The notes beneath the pieces are model-generated. The model was not told where the DNA came from. It saw only the letters and a list, made by a program, of their open reading frames with translations, and made no database searches. Both the position numbers and the translations under genes were made by a program. From a virus: DNA of 43,246 nt. Below are positions 1 through 9,005 of the stretch, piece by piece. The stretch lies in the IMG/VR virus record IMGVR_UViG_3300001687_000037; one strand, given 5' to 3'. Position 1 is the stretch's first letter, and each line of letters begins with the position of its first letter.

Positions 1-43
1 GACTGTTGGGAACTCTGGATAACCGATCAAAATAATGAATAAT

Positions 44-64
44 GTCGATAAGTAATTAGGAGGG
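44..64 (+). promoter_or_regulatory. Copy 1 of conserved phage promoter-like motif (GTCGATAAGTAATTAGGAGGG) fused to RBS of gene at 73
   Basis: One of 7 near-identical copies of the TGCCGATAAGTAAWTARGGAGG consensus; all intergenic, all 5-15 nt upstream of a start codon. Confidence 0.5.
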
Positions 65-72
65 AAAATAAA

Positions 73-429
73 ATGAAAAAACAACCTGAACAACAGCTTG
101 GAGAGATTAGATCTCACTGGGTAGGATCTCCTATGAAAGGTTATGTTATTTTCCATGTAGATATTAACTATCAGACATTATGTCAGAACTTAGTGACTTT
201 GCGTGATGATATTGATGAGAGTTTTTATGATTTTGATCTTCCACGGGCTGAAGCTATTGATCTTTTGACAAGGTTGAATCAACATATTTATATAATTCTT
301 CATATGGCAAAGAACGGAACTAACGAAGAGGGTATTTGCTATAATGAGAAGCTTTTTAGGGAAGATTTATGCAAACTGTATGAAATTAGAGGTAGACTCC
401 TAATAGAAAAGGAAAGGAACCTCTTATGA
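73..429 (+). CDS. hypothetical protein
   Basis: ORF 118 aa; conserved motif and AGGAGGG RBS upstream; ATG start. Confidence 0.55.
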   Translation: MKKQPEQQLGEIRSHWVGSPMKGYVIFHVDINYQTLCQNLVTLRDDIDESFYDFDLPRAEAIDLLTRLNQHIYIILHMAKNGTNEEGICYNEKLFREDLCKLYEIRGRLLIEKERNLL

Positions 430-659
430 AAAAAGGAACATGGCCCAAGAAGAAAGATATGTTGAAAGTTACTGTGAATGTTACTCCTGAATTTGCAGAG
501 GAATTGAAAAAATGTGTACATTTGAAACATATTATGGAAGGGTTATCTCCAATAGATCCTATGAATATTTTAGGTTTTTATGTTGCAAAAGCTTTATATA
601 AGAAAAAATCAAGTATAAGTCTTAGGACTTATAAGGAAAGTGGAAATCCAAATGGATAA
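426..659 (+). CDS. hypothetical protein
   Basis: ORF 77 aa; ATGA overlap with upstream gene suggests translational coupling. Confidence 0.45.
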   Translation: MKKGTWPKKKDMLKVTVNVTPEFAEELKKCVHLKHIMEGLSPIDPMNILGFYVAKALYKKKSSISLRTYKESGNPNG

Positions 660-912
660 TATAACCCTTGTGTTTCCTACATCAAATCACAATTATTGTA
701 TTGATTTAAACTCTAATAGTGCTGTTTTAAAGATTAAATTCAAAAAATTTATGTATGATGAGAACAGGAAACTATCAGCAGATAGTTTATTTCTTCAAGG
801 GATATCAAATGACTGGACTCGATTTGAATATTGGGGAGGGAGTGAAGAGTATATCTTAAATCTTACTGATAGGGTAGCCCAGGAATTAGGTTTACCCACA
901 AATCTTATGTAA
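640..912 (+). CDS. hypothetical protein
   Basis: ORF 90 aa; overlaps upstream stop. Confidence 0.45.
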   Translation: MEIQMDNITLVFPTSNHNYCIDLNSNSAVLKIKFKKFMYDENRKLSADSLFLQGISNDWTRFEYWGGSEEYILNLTDRVAQELGLPTNLM

Positions 913-924
913 GGGGGATAAAAA

Positions 925-1158
925 ATGCCTAAGTCATCAGAAAAACCCAGAAAGATGCATCTTATTACCCTGAATCCCAAAGTGGATTCTTACTGTCACA
1001 TTGTTGGAAAATTCAAGGATCACTTGAATAAAACCAGCAGAAAGTTGGAAGCCCTCAATGATATCAACTATACCTACAGGTATTATGTCAAGAACAGGAT
1101 AGATTTCGGGACGAAGTTGAGACGGGCTTATTTACATTTTACACTTAATTGTGCATAA
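925..1158 (+). CDS. hypothetical basic protein
   Basis: ORF 77 aa; GGGGG RBS 6 nt upstream; region GC-richer than surroundings. Confidence 0.5.
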   Translation: MPKSSEKPRKMHLITLNPKVDSYCHIVGKFKDHLNKTSRKLEALNDINYTYRYYVKNRIDFGTKLRRAYLHFTLNCA

Positions 1159-1315
1159 CCCCACCTGTAATAACGGTTATGATATATGGTTTCCTCATTC
1201 CATAAAAATGAGGTCGGGGGAGTAACTCAAGGTTTCTCCCAGTTTTCCAAGTAACTTGTAATGGGTGAAAAAAAACTGGGATGGTTTTTGAAAGATTGAT
1301 CATTTTTTCCAGAAG

Positions 1316-1336
1316 TGCCGATAAGTAAATAGGGGG
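1316..1336 (+). promoter_or_regulatory. Copy 2 of conserved promoter-like motif (TGCCGATAAGTAAATAGGGGG), preceded by GATCATTTTTT
   Basis: Matches motif consensus; directly upstream of HNH gene. Confidence 0.5.
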
Positions 1337-2109
1337 TGAAAAAAATGGGATCAAAATCAAAATTAACTGATTTTTTACAAGATAAGTTGATTAATTGGTT
1401 AAATGGTTTATATCTCTTACTTTACTCTTCGGATCATGAGATTTTGGCTTGGGAACTTGAGAAATTTAATTCTGGTCTTGTGTATTTGATGGAGAATCTC
1501 AATTTTATTCCCAGGCGTATAAGATTTTCAGAAAAATTTGAAAGATTTCCTCAAAATGAAATTCCAAAAGTGATAACTTCTGGGGATATAAAAACTTTGG
1601 GTTTATATTCACTTAAAGAAATATTGACAGAAATAAAACCAAATAATTCTCTTGTTTTACAAGGACGAAAAGTAAAAAGTTATACCAAGAAGATGTTATT
1701 ATTTTATAATGATCAGACTTGTGTTTGTTGTGGAAAAAAAGGGGTAGTTTTTGCGTTACAAATACATAAATCCAAAAAAACAGGGGAAGAAGAGGGGAGT
1801 CCTTTTTTAACATTGTGTAGATATTCTAATAGAGGTAATTTAGTGCCTATGACAATTGACCATATAATTCCTAAATCAATTGGGGGGCCTGATAAATTTA
1901 GTAACTACCAGTTGATGTGTGAAAATTGTAATAAACTTAAAGGGAGTTTAATACAAACAAAATATTTCACAGAGAAATCTTGGAAAACTGTTGAAGAGAA
2001 AAATTTAGCACCAGCTATTTTAGAGGATGCTTTACATTTTGTAAAGGAACAATTTAGGTTGATACATAAAACTATTGATAAGGAGAAATATGCTAAAGAA
2101 GGTATTTAG
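1336..2109 (+). CDS. HNH family endonuclease (free-standing, homing-endonuclease-like)
   Basis: C-terminal HNH motif: CVCCGKKG...IDHIIPKSIGGPDKFSNYQLMCENCNKLKG (Cys pairs + His-Asn-Asn-like core). GTG at 1336 or ATG at 1345 as start. Confidence 0.75.
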   Translation: MKKMGSKSKLTDFLQDKLINWLNGLYLLLYSSDHEILAWELEKFNSGLVYLMENLNFIPRRIRFSEKFERFPQNEIPKVITSGDIKTLGLYSLKEILTEIKPNNSLVLQGRKVKSYTKKMLLFYNDQTCVCCGKKGVVFALQIHKSKKTGEEEGSPFLTLCRYSNRGNLVPMTIDHIIPKSIGGPDKFSNYQLMCENCNKLKGSLIQTKYFTEKSWKTVEEKNLAPAILEDALHFVKEQFRLIHKTIDKEKYAKEGI

Positions 2110-2524
2110 TTTTATAGGTTTAGGAATTCTTTTAATATTAGTTGTTTGGGGGGTTCATACTATATATTGTATGAAAGAAGTTCCTCCCACTATTCAGGAA
2201 ATTTTAATAAGATTATCTTTGGAGGAAAGTGGTATGGATAAAATTCAATTTCAAACTCAGTTGAAAATACAAGCTATTCAAGCCCAGATAGAGGCATCGA
2301 AAGCACATATACAATTTTGGTCAGCTAATCTACATGTTGATCCTAATAAATGTGAACCCAGAAAGACTCAAGTGGAGATTATGCAGATTATTAGTAATCA
2401 TGTAGGAATTATTAATGATTGTGCTGAACAGATAAAAGAAATATCTTATGAATACCAAAAACAATACGAAAAGGAATGTAGAGAATTTGAGGATATGATG
2501 GGAGATTTGAGGGTAAAAAGATAA
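2090..2524 (+). CDS. membrane-anchored hypothetical protein (N-terminal TM helix, coiled-coil C-terminus)
   Basis: ORF track 2075..2524. ATG at 2090 preferred (AAGGAG RBS 5 nt upstream). Hydrophobic segment FSFIGLGILLILVVWGV. Confidence 0.45.
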   Translation: MLKKVFSFIGLGILLILVVWGVHTIYCMKEVPPTIQEILIRLSLEESGMDKIQFQTQLKIQAIQAQIEASKAHIQFWSANLHVDPNKCEPRKTQVEIMQIISNHVGIINDCAEQIKEISYEYQKQYEKECREFEDMMGDLRVKR

Positions 2525-2544
2525 TCGATCATTTTTTTAATTTA

Positions 2545-2566
2545 TGCCGATAAGTAATTAAGAGCG
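2545..2566 (+). promoter_or_regulatory. Copy 3 of conserved promoter-like motif (TGCCGATAAGTAATTAAGAGCG), preceded by GATCATTTTTTT
   Basis: Motif consensus match in intergenic region. Confidence 0.5.
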
Positions 2567-2598
2567 AAAATTAAACCAAAAATGGAGGGTTTAACAAT

Positions 2599-2977
2599 GG
2601 AACTCAGGCAAAGAAAAGAAAATCTGATCAAGCATTTATTTTCCCAGGCAGGAACCAGGATCTTTGCAGTGAATTTTACCAAAAAGACCAATGGGGAACT
2701 CAGGACTATGAGAGCACGATTACACGTAAAACCCAAATATAAATTGGAACCTGAGACCAATCCTGATACTGATAGAAGGACTACAAAATTCAGAAAAAAA
2801 CAGGATGAGAAGAGTGGAACAATGACAGTTTACGAAATGAAGGGGAGGAAGAGTGACTTCAGGAAAATAACTCTGGCAAACGTGAACTGGGTTCAGATTG
2901 ATGGAGTTAGATTCTACTTCGGAACCGATTATCTCCCCAAAACTGAGAAAAAAGACTTCAGCGAAGCTTATTGGTAA
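2599..2977 (+). CDS. hypothetical basic protein
   Basis: ORF track start 2582; ATG 2599 has GGAGGG RBS 8 nt upstream; GC-richer than neighbours. Confidence 0.45.
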
Positions 2978-2986
2978 GGAGAAGAT

Positions 2987-3169
2987 ATGAGATCTGATAA
3001 GTGGCCCATTGAAATAGATAATAAGAAGTACCTGGTTGATCGAACCTTTGGGGGTGATCCTGTTGTTTATGGGAAAGAAGATATACATTTTGTACAGGCA
3101 GCAGTGGATACTCTAACATATACCCAGGATGATGACCTGGTTATTATTGTGGCAAGAAAAGTTAAATAG
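2987..3169 (+). CDS. hypothetical protein
   Basis: ORF 60 aa; GGAGAAG RBS upstream. Confidence 0.4.
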   Translation: MRSDKWPIEIDNKKYLVDRTFGGDPVVYGKEDIHFVQAAVDTLTYTQDDDLVIIVARKVK

Positions 3170-3177
3170 GGGGAAAC

Positions 3178-3507
3178 ATGTTCTGGACTCGGATTGATTC
3201 AATGGCATTCAGTATTTTTCTTAGAAAGAGGCTTGTTGATGTGGATCTTGAAACTAAAGATCTAAAAGATTATGATATAATAGCATTTATGAATAATTTT
3301 GAACTGATCCCATATCCAGCAAAAGATGTGGGTGGTCTTCCTATCAATGAATTTTCTGATATTGCTGATAAGAGAGAGGCTTATGAAGAAGCTCTTCGTA
3401 TTTGTAAACTTATTAAGGATTATGAAAAAGATCACATGAGTAATCCATCTACAATAGATGGGTTTCCACCTGAAAAGAAAGGGAAAGAGGATGCCAAAAA
3501 GGGATAA
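3178..3507 (+). CDS. hypothetical protein
   Basis: ORF 109 aa; GGGGGAAAC RBS. Confidence 0.45.
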   Translation: MFWTRIDSMAFSIFLRKRLVDVDLETKDLKDYDIIAFMNNFELIPYPAKDVGGLPINEFSDIADKREAYEEALRICKLIKDYEKDHMSNPSTIDGFPPEKKGKEDAKKG

Positions 3508-3820
3508 AGATTTACAAAAGTGTCTTGATTGGGATAATAACCTTTGTGACATCTCTAATGAGCTTCATGAGATAGCTTGGGAACTTGGTCAACTCTCCGA
3601 AGCCTTTTATATTACAGGTAATTCTGAGATGGGTGTTAAAATGTTTGAGTATGGTATGGAAATACAAAAACTTGGTGAGAGAGTCCGTAAAGCTATGGGT
3701 GACAAAATTGATCATGATCTTAAGAAGAGCCAGGAAGGTTTGGCTTTCACTCTTAAAGCTGTACTTAACTCTATTATTCCAAAGGAAGAAAATGATGAAA
3801 AGGAAACGAACATTTCCTAA
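3491..3820 (+). CDS. hypothetical protein (start uncertain; 3458 alternative)
   Basis: ORF frame 3458..3820; internal ATG 3491 gives a short overlap with the upstream gene. Confidence 0.35.
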   Translation: MPKRDKDLQKCLDWDNNLCDISNELHEIAWELGQLSEAFYITGNSEMGVKMFEYGMEIQKLGERVRKAMGDKIDHDLKKSQEGLAFTLKAVLNSIIPKEENDEKETNIS

Positions 3821-4463
3821 GGTATTTAAGGTAGCTAATAGTTGGAGAGAATGTTATGTTTATATGGACAATACTCTCAAAGTACCACAATATACAAAAA
3901 TGGTATTACCTGTTGAGATAAGATCTATCCTTGACATAGCAGCAGCTATACATGAATCTTATCATTTTGCTTTAAGACACAAGACTACTCATAGATGTAA
4001 TGATGTCTTTTATTTTAATAAAGGAAATTATAGATATAGTATTACAACAGCATATAAATATTACAAAAATGAGGTAGATGCTTGGACACATACTTTAAAG
4101 TGTATTAAAAGTAAATATCATAAGATTCTCTTAGAGGTTTCTGCATCATGTCTTGTTCATTGTCCAAAGGGACAAGATTTTACGAGATTATTGAAGTATA
4201 TAAGAAAAGCTTTTAAAAGAGATCTTAATTATCATGGTAATAGAATAAATTGGTTTATAAATCTTCTAACAGATATAAAGGAGTATCCACGTAAAAATCT
4301 TAAGTTGAATAGTAAGATTGATCATGAATATGGTATAGCTATTTCGGGGAGAAGGGAAGAAAAAATAAATAAAAATATATATAAGGAGTTACATGTTTAT
4401 GCTCCTAAGCTCCCCCGTTTGAATTTTCCTCTTAAAATAAATGATACAAATTATCATGTGTAA
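3792..4463 (+). CDS. hypothetical protein
   Basis: Track ORF 3585..4463, but its N-terminal 69 codons overlap the previous gene out of frame. ATGATG at 3792 with AAAGGAAG RBS is the likely start. Confidence 0.45.
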   Translation: MMKRKRTFPKVFKVANSWRECYVYMDNTLKVPQYTKMVLPVEIRSILDIAAAIHESYHFALRHKTTHRCNDVFYFNKGNYRYSITTAYKYYKNEVDAWTHTLKCIKSKYHKILLEVSASCLVHCPKGQDFTRLLKYIRKAFKRDLNYHGNRINWFINLLTDIKEYPRKNLKLNSKIDHEYGIAISGRREEKINKNIYKELHVYAPKLPRLNFPLKINDTNYHV

Positions 4464-4515
4464 TACGTTATAGTATAGAAAGGGGAAAGCTGTAGGTTTT
4501 TGAGTAAGTATAAGT

Positions 4516-5988
4516 GTGAGGGTTATGGAAGAACTATTTGTATATATTAAGTTTATAGACTATTATAAACTGAAGATAAAAGCCGAAACAGATGTTTTGA
4601 ATTACTTCAAGACAAATCTTGTAGCTACAAACAGTAAACCTTATAAGGTTAAGAAAAAGGGTAAAACTGTTTTAAAGACAAGATACACTAAAGTTCCAGT
4701 TTTTACTGAGGTCGAAGATAGTATTGTGGTTGATGCTGGTCTTATAGACTATATTGCCTCTTTCCTATCCTACCTATCTAAACGTGGTGTAAGGGTAAAT
4801 CTAAATCTAAACTTACCAAAATTAGATCCTATAGTAATAAGTGACAGATGGATAAAAATCCTAAACAACCCTGATTATGAATATCAATCTTTCTGTGTAA
4901 ACAATCTTGTAAGGTATTATGGTGGTATAGCTGACCTATTTACAAGTGCTGGGAAGACGGAAATGATGTTATCTATTGCAGAGTGTTGTGATATGAAATC
5001 TGTTATTCTGGTGCCTAATACAAAAGCAGGGATACCTAATATTGTAAATAGGGCTAAGAAATATGGTATAGATATTTCAAGTGTTATAGATACAAAAGCG
5101 AAGATTAATGTTATAAATCCTATAGGATTGTTAAACTCAGGAGTATCTAAGAATGAAAATATATTAAAATATCTTAATGGGATAGAAATGTGTATAACAG
5201 ATGAGGGACACCATCTCTCAGCTACTTCTTATAGGCAGTTTTTTGATATGATGCCAAATGTCAAAAGAAGTTATGCATTTTCAGCTACCCCAGATGTAAG
5301 CAAAGGGATGCTTTATTCAGTAGTAGAAACAGGTATTCCACAATTATCTTTTAATCAGACAAAAATAATGGGGTTGAGTGGATCAGTAAAGGCACGAGTA
5401 GAGTCCCCCATTGAAGCTATCTTGGTTAAAGTTTTTTGTGATACTGGATATGTTCCACCTGAAGAGTGGTCGTGGATGACTGCCCTTAATGAATTTACGA
5501 GTTCTATGGATCTGGCAAAGATGATCCAGAAACTATTGAATAATAAGTTTCCCCAGGTTAAATTCTATGTTCCCATTTTTAAGGCAGAAATGGGGATAGA
5601 ATTATATAATAACTTAAACAGATTAGGAATCCCGTGTGTATTTTGGAGTTCTAAAAAGATATTACCAAAGGAGGTGAAGGTATCTAAAAAAGCAGAGTTA
5701 GATTGTATATCTGATGCTATGACTTATGGGAATTATAGAGTTTTGATCTCTACTACTGTTTCTTTTGAGATTGTTGATATAAAAGCCCTGGGTGGTATTA
5801 TTCCACTTTATGGGAGTAATTATAGAATGACAGTACAACCAATAGGCAGAGCAGCAAGAGGAAGAAAAGTTATCATTGTACTTTTCTATGATAGTAGTAA
5901 TAGTCTAATCTTATCCCAGATGAAAAAGAGACGGGTAAATATAGAGAGTACCTACAACATAGTAGATAAGATGGACATTAGAATTTGA
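4516..5988 (+). CDS. SF2 DNA helicase (DExH-type, UvsW-like)
   Basis: Walker A TSAGKTEMM and DEGH box (ITDEGHHLSATS); C-terminal helicase domain (QPIGRAARG = motif VI). Confidence 0.65.
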   Translation: MRVMEELFVYIKFIDYYKLKIKAETDVLNYFKTNLVATNSKPYKVKKKGKTVLKTRYTKVPVFTEVEDSIVVDAGLIDYIASFLSYLSKRGVRVNLNLNLPKLDPIVISDRWIKILNNPDYEYQSFCVNNLVRYYGGIADLFTSAGKTEMMLSIAECCDMKSVILVPNTKAGIPNIVNRAKKYGIDISSVIDTKAKINVINPIGLLNSGVSKNENILKYLNGIEMCITDEGHHLSATSYRQFFDMMPNVKRSYAFSATPDVSKGMLYSVVETGIPQLSFNQTKIMGLSGSVKARVESPIEAILVKVFCDTGYVPPEEWSWMTALNEFTSSMDLAKMIQKLLNNKFPQVKFYVPIFKAEMGIELYNNLNRLGIPCVFWSSKKILPKEVKVSKKAELDCISDAMTYGNYRVLISTTVSFEIVDIKALGGIIPLYGSNYRMTVQPIGRAARGRKVIIVLFYDSSNSLILSQMKKRRVNIESTYNIVDKMDIRI

Positions 5989-5998
5989 GGAGGTTAGT

Positions 5999-7258
5999 GT
6001 GAGTGAAGTTGTGTTTGCAAGTAGTTTGGCAAACCCTAAGATTAGAACTTTATTAAAACCATACATAAAGGAAATAAATTGGAAATCAAAAACAGCACAA
6101 GAATTAGTTGATTTTATGGAAGAACGAGTTGACCCTGGGCATTTACCAAAGCTGGGGGAGATAAGAAGCTACATGAGTAAAAATGGTCACTTGATGGAAG
6201 AGATCGAACAGGTATTGAAATCAGTAAAAGATTTTATAGTAATGCCTGTTGACTCCATTGATGGGTTCTTAGAAGATTTCAACAAATTTTATTGTAATAA
6301 GAGACTTAATACTGTTTTTGAACAAAGGAATGATTTAGATCCTGTGAAGATAGTGGACAGTATCAAAGAGATCCCAAAAGTTAAGGGAGAAAGTCTACCA
6401 CTTGTTTCACTTGGTAACTGTGATGTACAGAAGGTTATTGAGGAAGAAATAGGTGATATAGAGGTTATACCCAGTAGATTTGACTTTGTTAGAAGGGCAA
6501 CTCCTTGGGGAGGATATTTACGTGGTCAGTTATTAATGGTCACTGCTCCACCAGGAGTGGGGAAATCTACTTTCATTCTTAATGAAGCAATTAATTTTCT
6601 TAAGAGTGGTTATAAAGTTTATTGGATAGCTTTGGGTGATATGATGTCTTTCGACTTCATTACCCGATCAACATCTATTATTAAAGGTTTACCATTCTCT
6701 ACGGTTGCAAATAATATCAATGAGTATTTTGATGATGAAGTTAGAGAGATTACAAAAAACCTGAGGCTTACTGTATTACCTGCTGATACAGTCAGTATGG
6801 CAGAAGTTTCAGAGTTTGTCGAAACGGTAGTTTCAGTAGATGAAAATCCAGATGTAGTAATTTTAGATTATGATGCTAATTTACGGAGTCATAATCCAGA
6901 CAATATGTTTATTCAAGGTCGGCAAGTTTATAATGCTATGGCTAAGATTACGAGACCTAAGAATTTTAATTATAGGTTAGGGATTATAGCCAGTCAACCT
7001 AAGATTCAATTCTGGGGCCTCCCAGAGTTACCAAAGGAGTGTGCCAGTGAATCAAGTGGTAAACAGGCAGTTGTTGACTTTATGATAACCATAGGAAGGG
7101 ATTATAGGATACGTGGTAAACATGCTGGTATAATGAGTGCTGCAAAGGTAAGACGTGGTAAAGAGGGTGTAAAATCCTATTATATATTGAATGATTATGG
7201 ACATTTTCAAGAAATAGAACATTCAGAGTATTTATTGTTGAGGACTCATGAAGGATAA
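5999..7258 (+). CDS. DnaB-like replicative DNA helicase (T4 gp41-like)
   Basis: GTG start after GAGGAGG; Walker A APPGVGKST; RecA-type C-terminal ATPase domain; adjacent to the other replication genes. Confidence 0.7.
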   Translation: MSEVVFASSLANPKIRTLLKPYIKEINWKSKTAQELVDFMEERVDPGHLPKLGEIRSYMSKNGHLMEEIEQVLKSVKDFIVMPVDSIDGFLEDFNKFYCNKRLNTVFEQRNDLDPVKIVDSIKEIPKVKGESLPLVSLGNCDVQKVIEEEIGDIEVIPSRFDFVRRATPWGGYLRGQLLMVTAPPGVGKSTFILNEAINFLKSGYKVYWIALGDMMSFDFITRSTSIIKGLPFSTVANNINEYFDDEVREITKNLRLTVLPADTVSMAEVSEFVETVVSVDENPDVVILDYDANLRSHNPDNMFIQGRQVYNAMAKITRPKNFNYRLGIIASQPKIQFWGLPELPKECASESSGKQAVVDFMITIGRDYRIRGKHAGIMSAAKVRRGKEGVKSYYILNDYGHFQEIEHSEYLLLRTHEG

Positions 7259-7694
7259 AATTTTAAAAGTAGCGGTTGCTAAATTCAAGAAAATACCATC
7301 TAACAATGTATTAGTAATGCCAGGAGTACATTACAAAACGGGAAAACCTAAGGGTTATTTATATAAGAATCCAACAATACAGAAATATCAAGATAGTTTA
7401 AAGAGACAACTAAAAGTACAATTAGAAAGTTATGAATTACCAAATAAATATTATTCAGTAAGTTTGATATTCTTTTTATATAAAGGATTTGATAAAAGAG
7501 ATGTGTCTAACATGTTTAAAATTGCTGAGGATGCAGTAAAAGATGTTATTCACAAAGATGATTCAAAATATATTAATATTCATGGGTATAAGAGACTAAG
7601 TATAGATAAAAATGAGTATGTTGTTTTATTAATTTCCGATGCTGTGTTGGTAGATATGTCCAATATTGAGGAAATGATAAATTTTAGAGGTTAG
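7248..7694 (+). CDS. RusA-like Holliday junction resolvase (putative)
   Basis: Segment RDVSNMFKIAEDAVKDVIHKDDSKY resembles the RusA catalytic motif (D.DN..K...DA......DD..V); size 148 aa. Confidence 0.4.
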   Translation: MKDKILKVAVAKFKKIPSNNVLVMPGVHYKTGKPKGYLYKNPTIQKYQDSLKRQLKVQLESYELPNKYYSVSLIFFLYKGFDKRDVSNMFKIAEDAVKDVIHKDDSKYINIHGYKRLSIDKNEYVVLLISDAVLVDMSNIEEMINFRG

Positions 7695-7704
7695 GAGAGA
7701 GTGT

Positions 7705-7947
7705 ATGAAAAAAGTTGTAGATAAACAGTTTATAAATAAACTCAATAGTCATGAAAAAGATACTTCTATTTTGCTTTTATTCCTTACTACCATGAAAGAA
7801 GGGGAAATTTATGTGTCACCAGTTGGTAAAATAACCAAACTTAGTGAAGACACTTTTAAAATTTCTGTAGATCAAGGAGTAATAGAGAAGGGGTTGAGTA
7901 AGTTATTCGATGAGTATAAAAACCCTCTTGAAAGACTTTTCTCTTGA
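7705..7947 (+). CDS. hypothetical protein
   Basis: ORF 80 aa; GGAGAGAG RBS. Confidence 0.45.
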   Translation: MKKVVDKQFINKLNSHEKDTSILLLFLTTMKEGEIYVSPVGKITKLSEDTFKISVDQGVIEKGLSKLFDEYKNPLERLFS

Positions 7948-8983
7948 TAAAGAAGAAGAAATAGTAAGATTATTCCTTTTTGCCAGGGATAGAGCACAAA
8001 AATGGTTGAGGTATAATGGGCGTTATTTGTCAAAAGATCTTCCAGAAGAGTTTGCTACTGAAATTGCTCTTGAGTGTGTAGTGACTGCACCTAATAAGTG
8101 TAATGAGAATTTAGTATTAGAAAATCATATTAAAATTTTATGTGACCTCAATGCTAAGAAAATAGTAACTACCAAACTACTTTATGAGCTTAATGATCAT
8201 GTTGTATCAAAACATACTATGGATATAGAAGACAAGCTTGAAGTAGAGGAGATAATTTTAGAAGCTATAAATGGATGTAGTTTAAAATTACAAGTATCTT
8301 TATTATATTTTTTCCATTATGGTGATTTGAGACAATTAAATAGGATAGAAAAATACTATACTCCATATGAATTTAGTATATTATGTAATAAGGTAATCAA
8401 TATGTCTAAGGAATTAAGTGAATATGATTTCAAACTTGATATGTATATTCCATCTACTCCTATAGGAAAAACAATTTTATTATCGATGTTATTGAATAAG
8501 TATCCCAGATTAACAAGTCTGTTAATACTTATGAAGGATTTCAAAAAATTTTTTCAGTTTGTAATGATTAATGAGAAGTTACAATTTGAGATCCCATCAG
8601 TGATAGATTTAACTGAGGATATTGTTGAAATCTCCAAACTGATTTCCAGGATGGAAAATGGAGAGAACAATTTAAATGATCTCGATATGTTGAAGAATTT
8701 TCTTATAGAGTCTGATGAAAATTTTAATGTGTGTGAGAGTTTTAGTGATTTTATTGTAGCAACATTTCAAGAAACTTTAGGTTTATACAGGGAAGCTTCA
8801 TTAAAAGCAATTAGGCAAATAGAGACATCTGATGATATTTCAAAATTATATGAAACTTTAAACAAACAGATAACTATAGAACATGGCTTATTAAAATCTA
8901 TAAATGAAATAAATTCCCAGTATATTTCAAGTGTATTAGATAACTTCAGTGGAAGTGAAACACTAAAACATGTATCGTTTTAA
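7910..8983 (+). CDS. hypothetical protein (start uncertain)
   Basis: ORF 357 aa overlapping upstream gene by 38 nt; no recognisable motif. Confidence 0.45.
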   Translation: MSIKTLLKDFSLDKEEEIVRLFLFARDRAQKWLRYNGRYLSKDLPEEFATEIALECVVTAPNKCNENLVLENHIKILCDLNAKKIVTTKLLYELNDHVVSKHTMDIEDKLEVEEIILEAINGCSLKLQVSLLYFFHYGDLRQLNRIEKYYTPYEFSILCNKVINMSKELSEYDFKLDMYIPSTPIGKTILLSMLLNKYPRLTSLLILMKDFKKFFQFVMINEKLQFEIPSVIDLTEDIVEISKLISRMENGENNLNDLDMLKNFLIESDENFNVCESFSDFIVATFQETLGLYREASLKAIRQIETSDDISKLYETLNKQITIEHGLLKSINEINSQYISSVLDNFSGSETLKHVSF

Positions 8984-9005
8984 AACTTAAATGAGGAGAG
9001 GTTTT

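Noticed and set aside
1336-2109. Group I intron carrying the HNH endonuclease
   Set aside because: No flanking split gene or exon-junction pattern is apparent. The HNH ORF has its own promoter motif and RBS, so it is treated as a free-standing homing-endonuclease-like gene.
3585-3791. N-terminal 69 codons of track ORF 3585..4463
   Set aside because: It overlaps the upstream gene out of frame for ~200 nt and its translation looks like noise. ATGATG at 3792 with a good RBS is a more plausible start.
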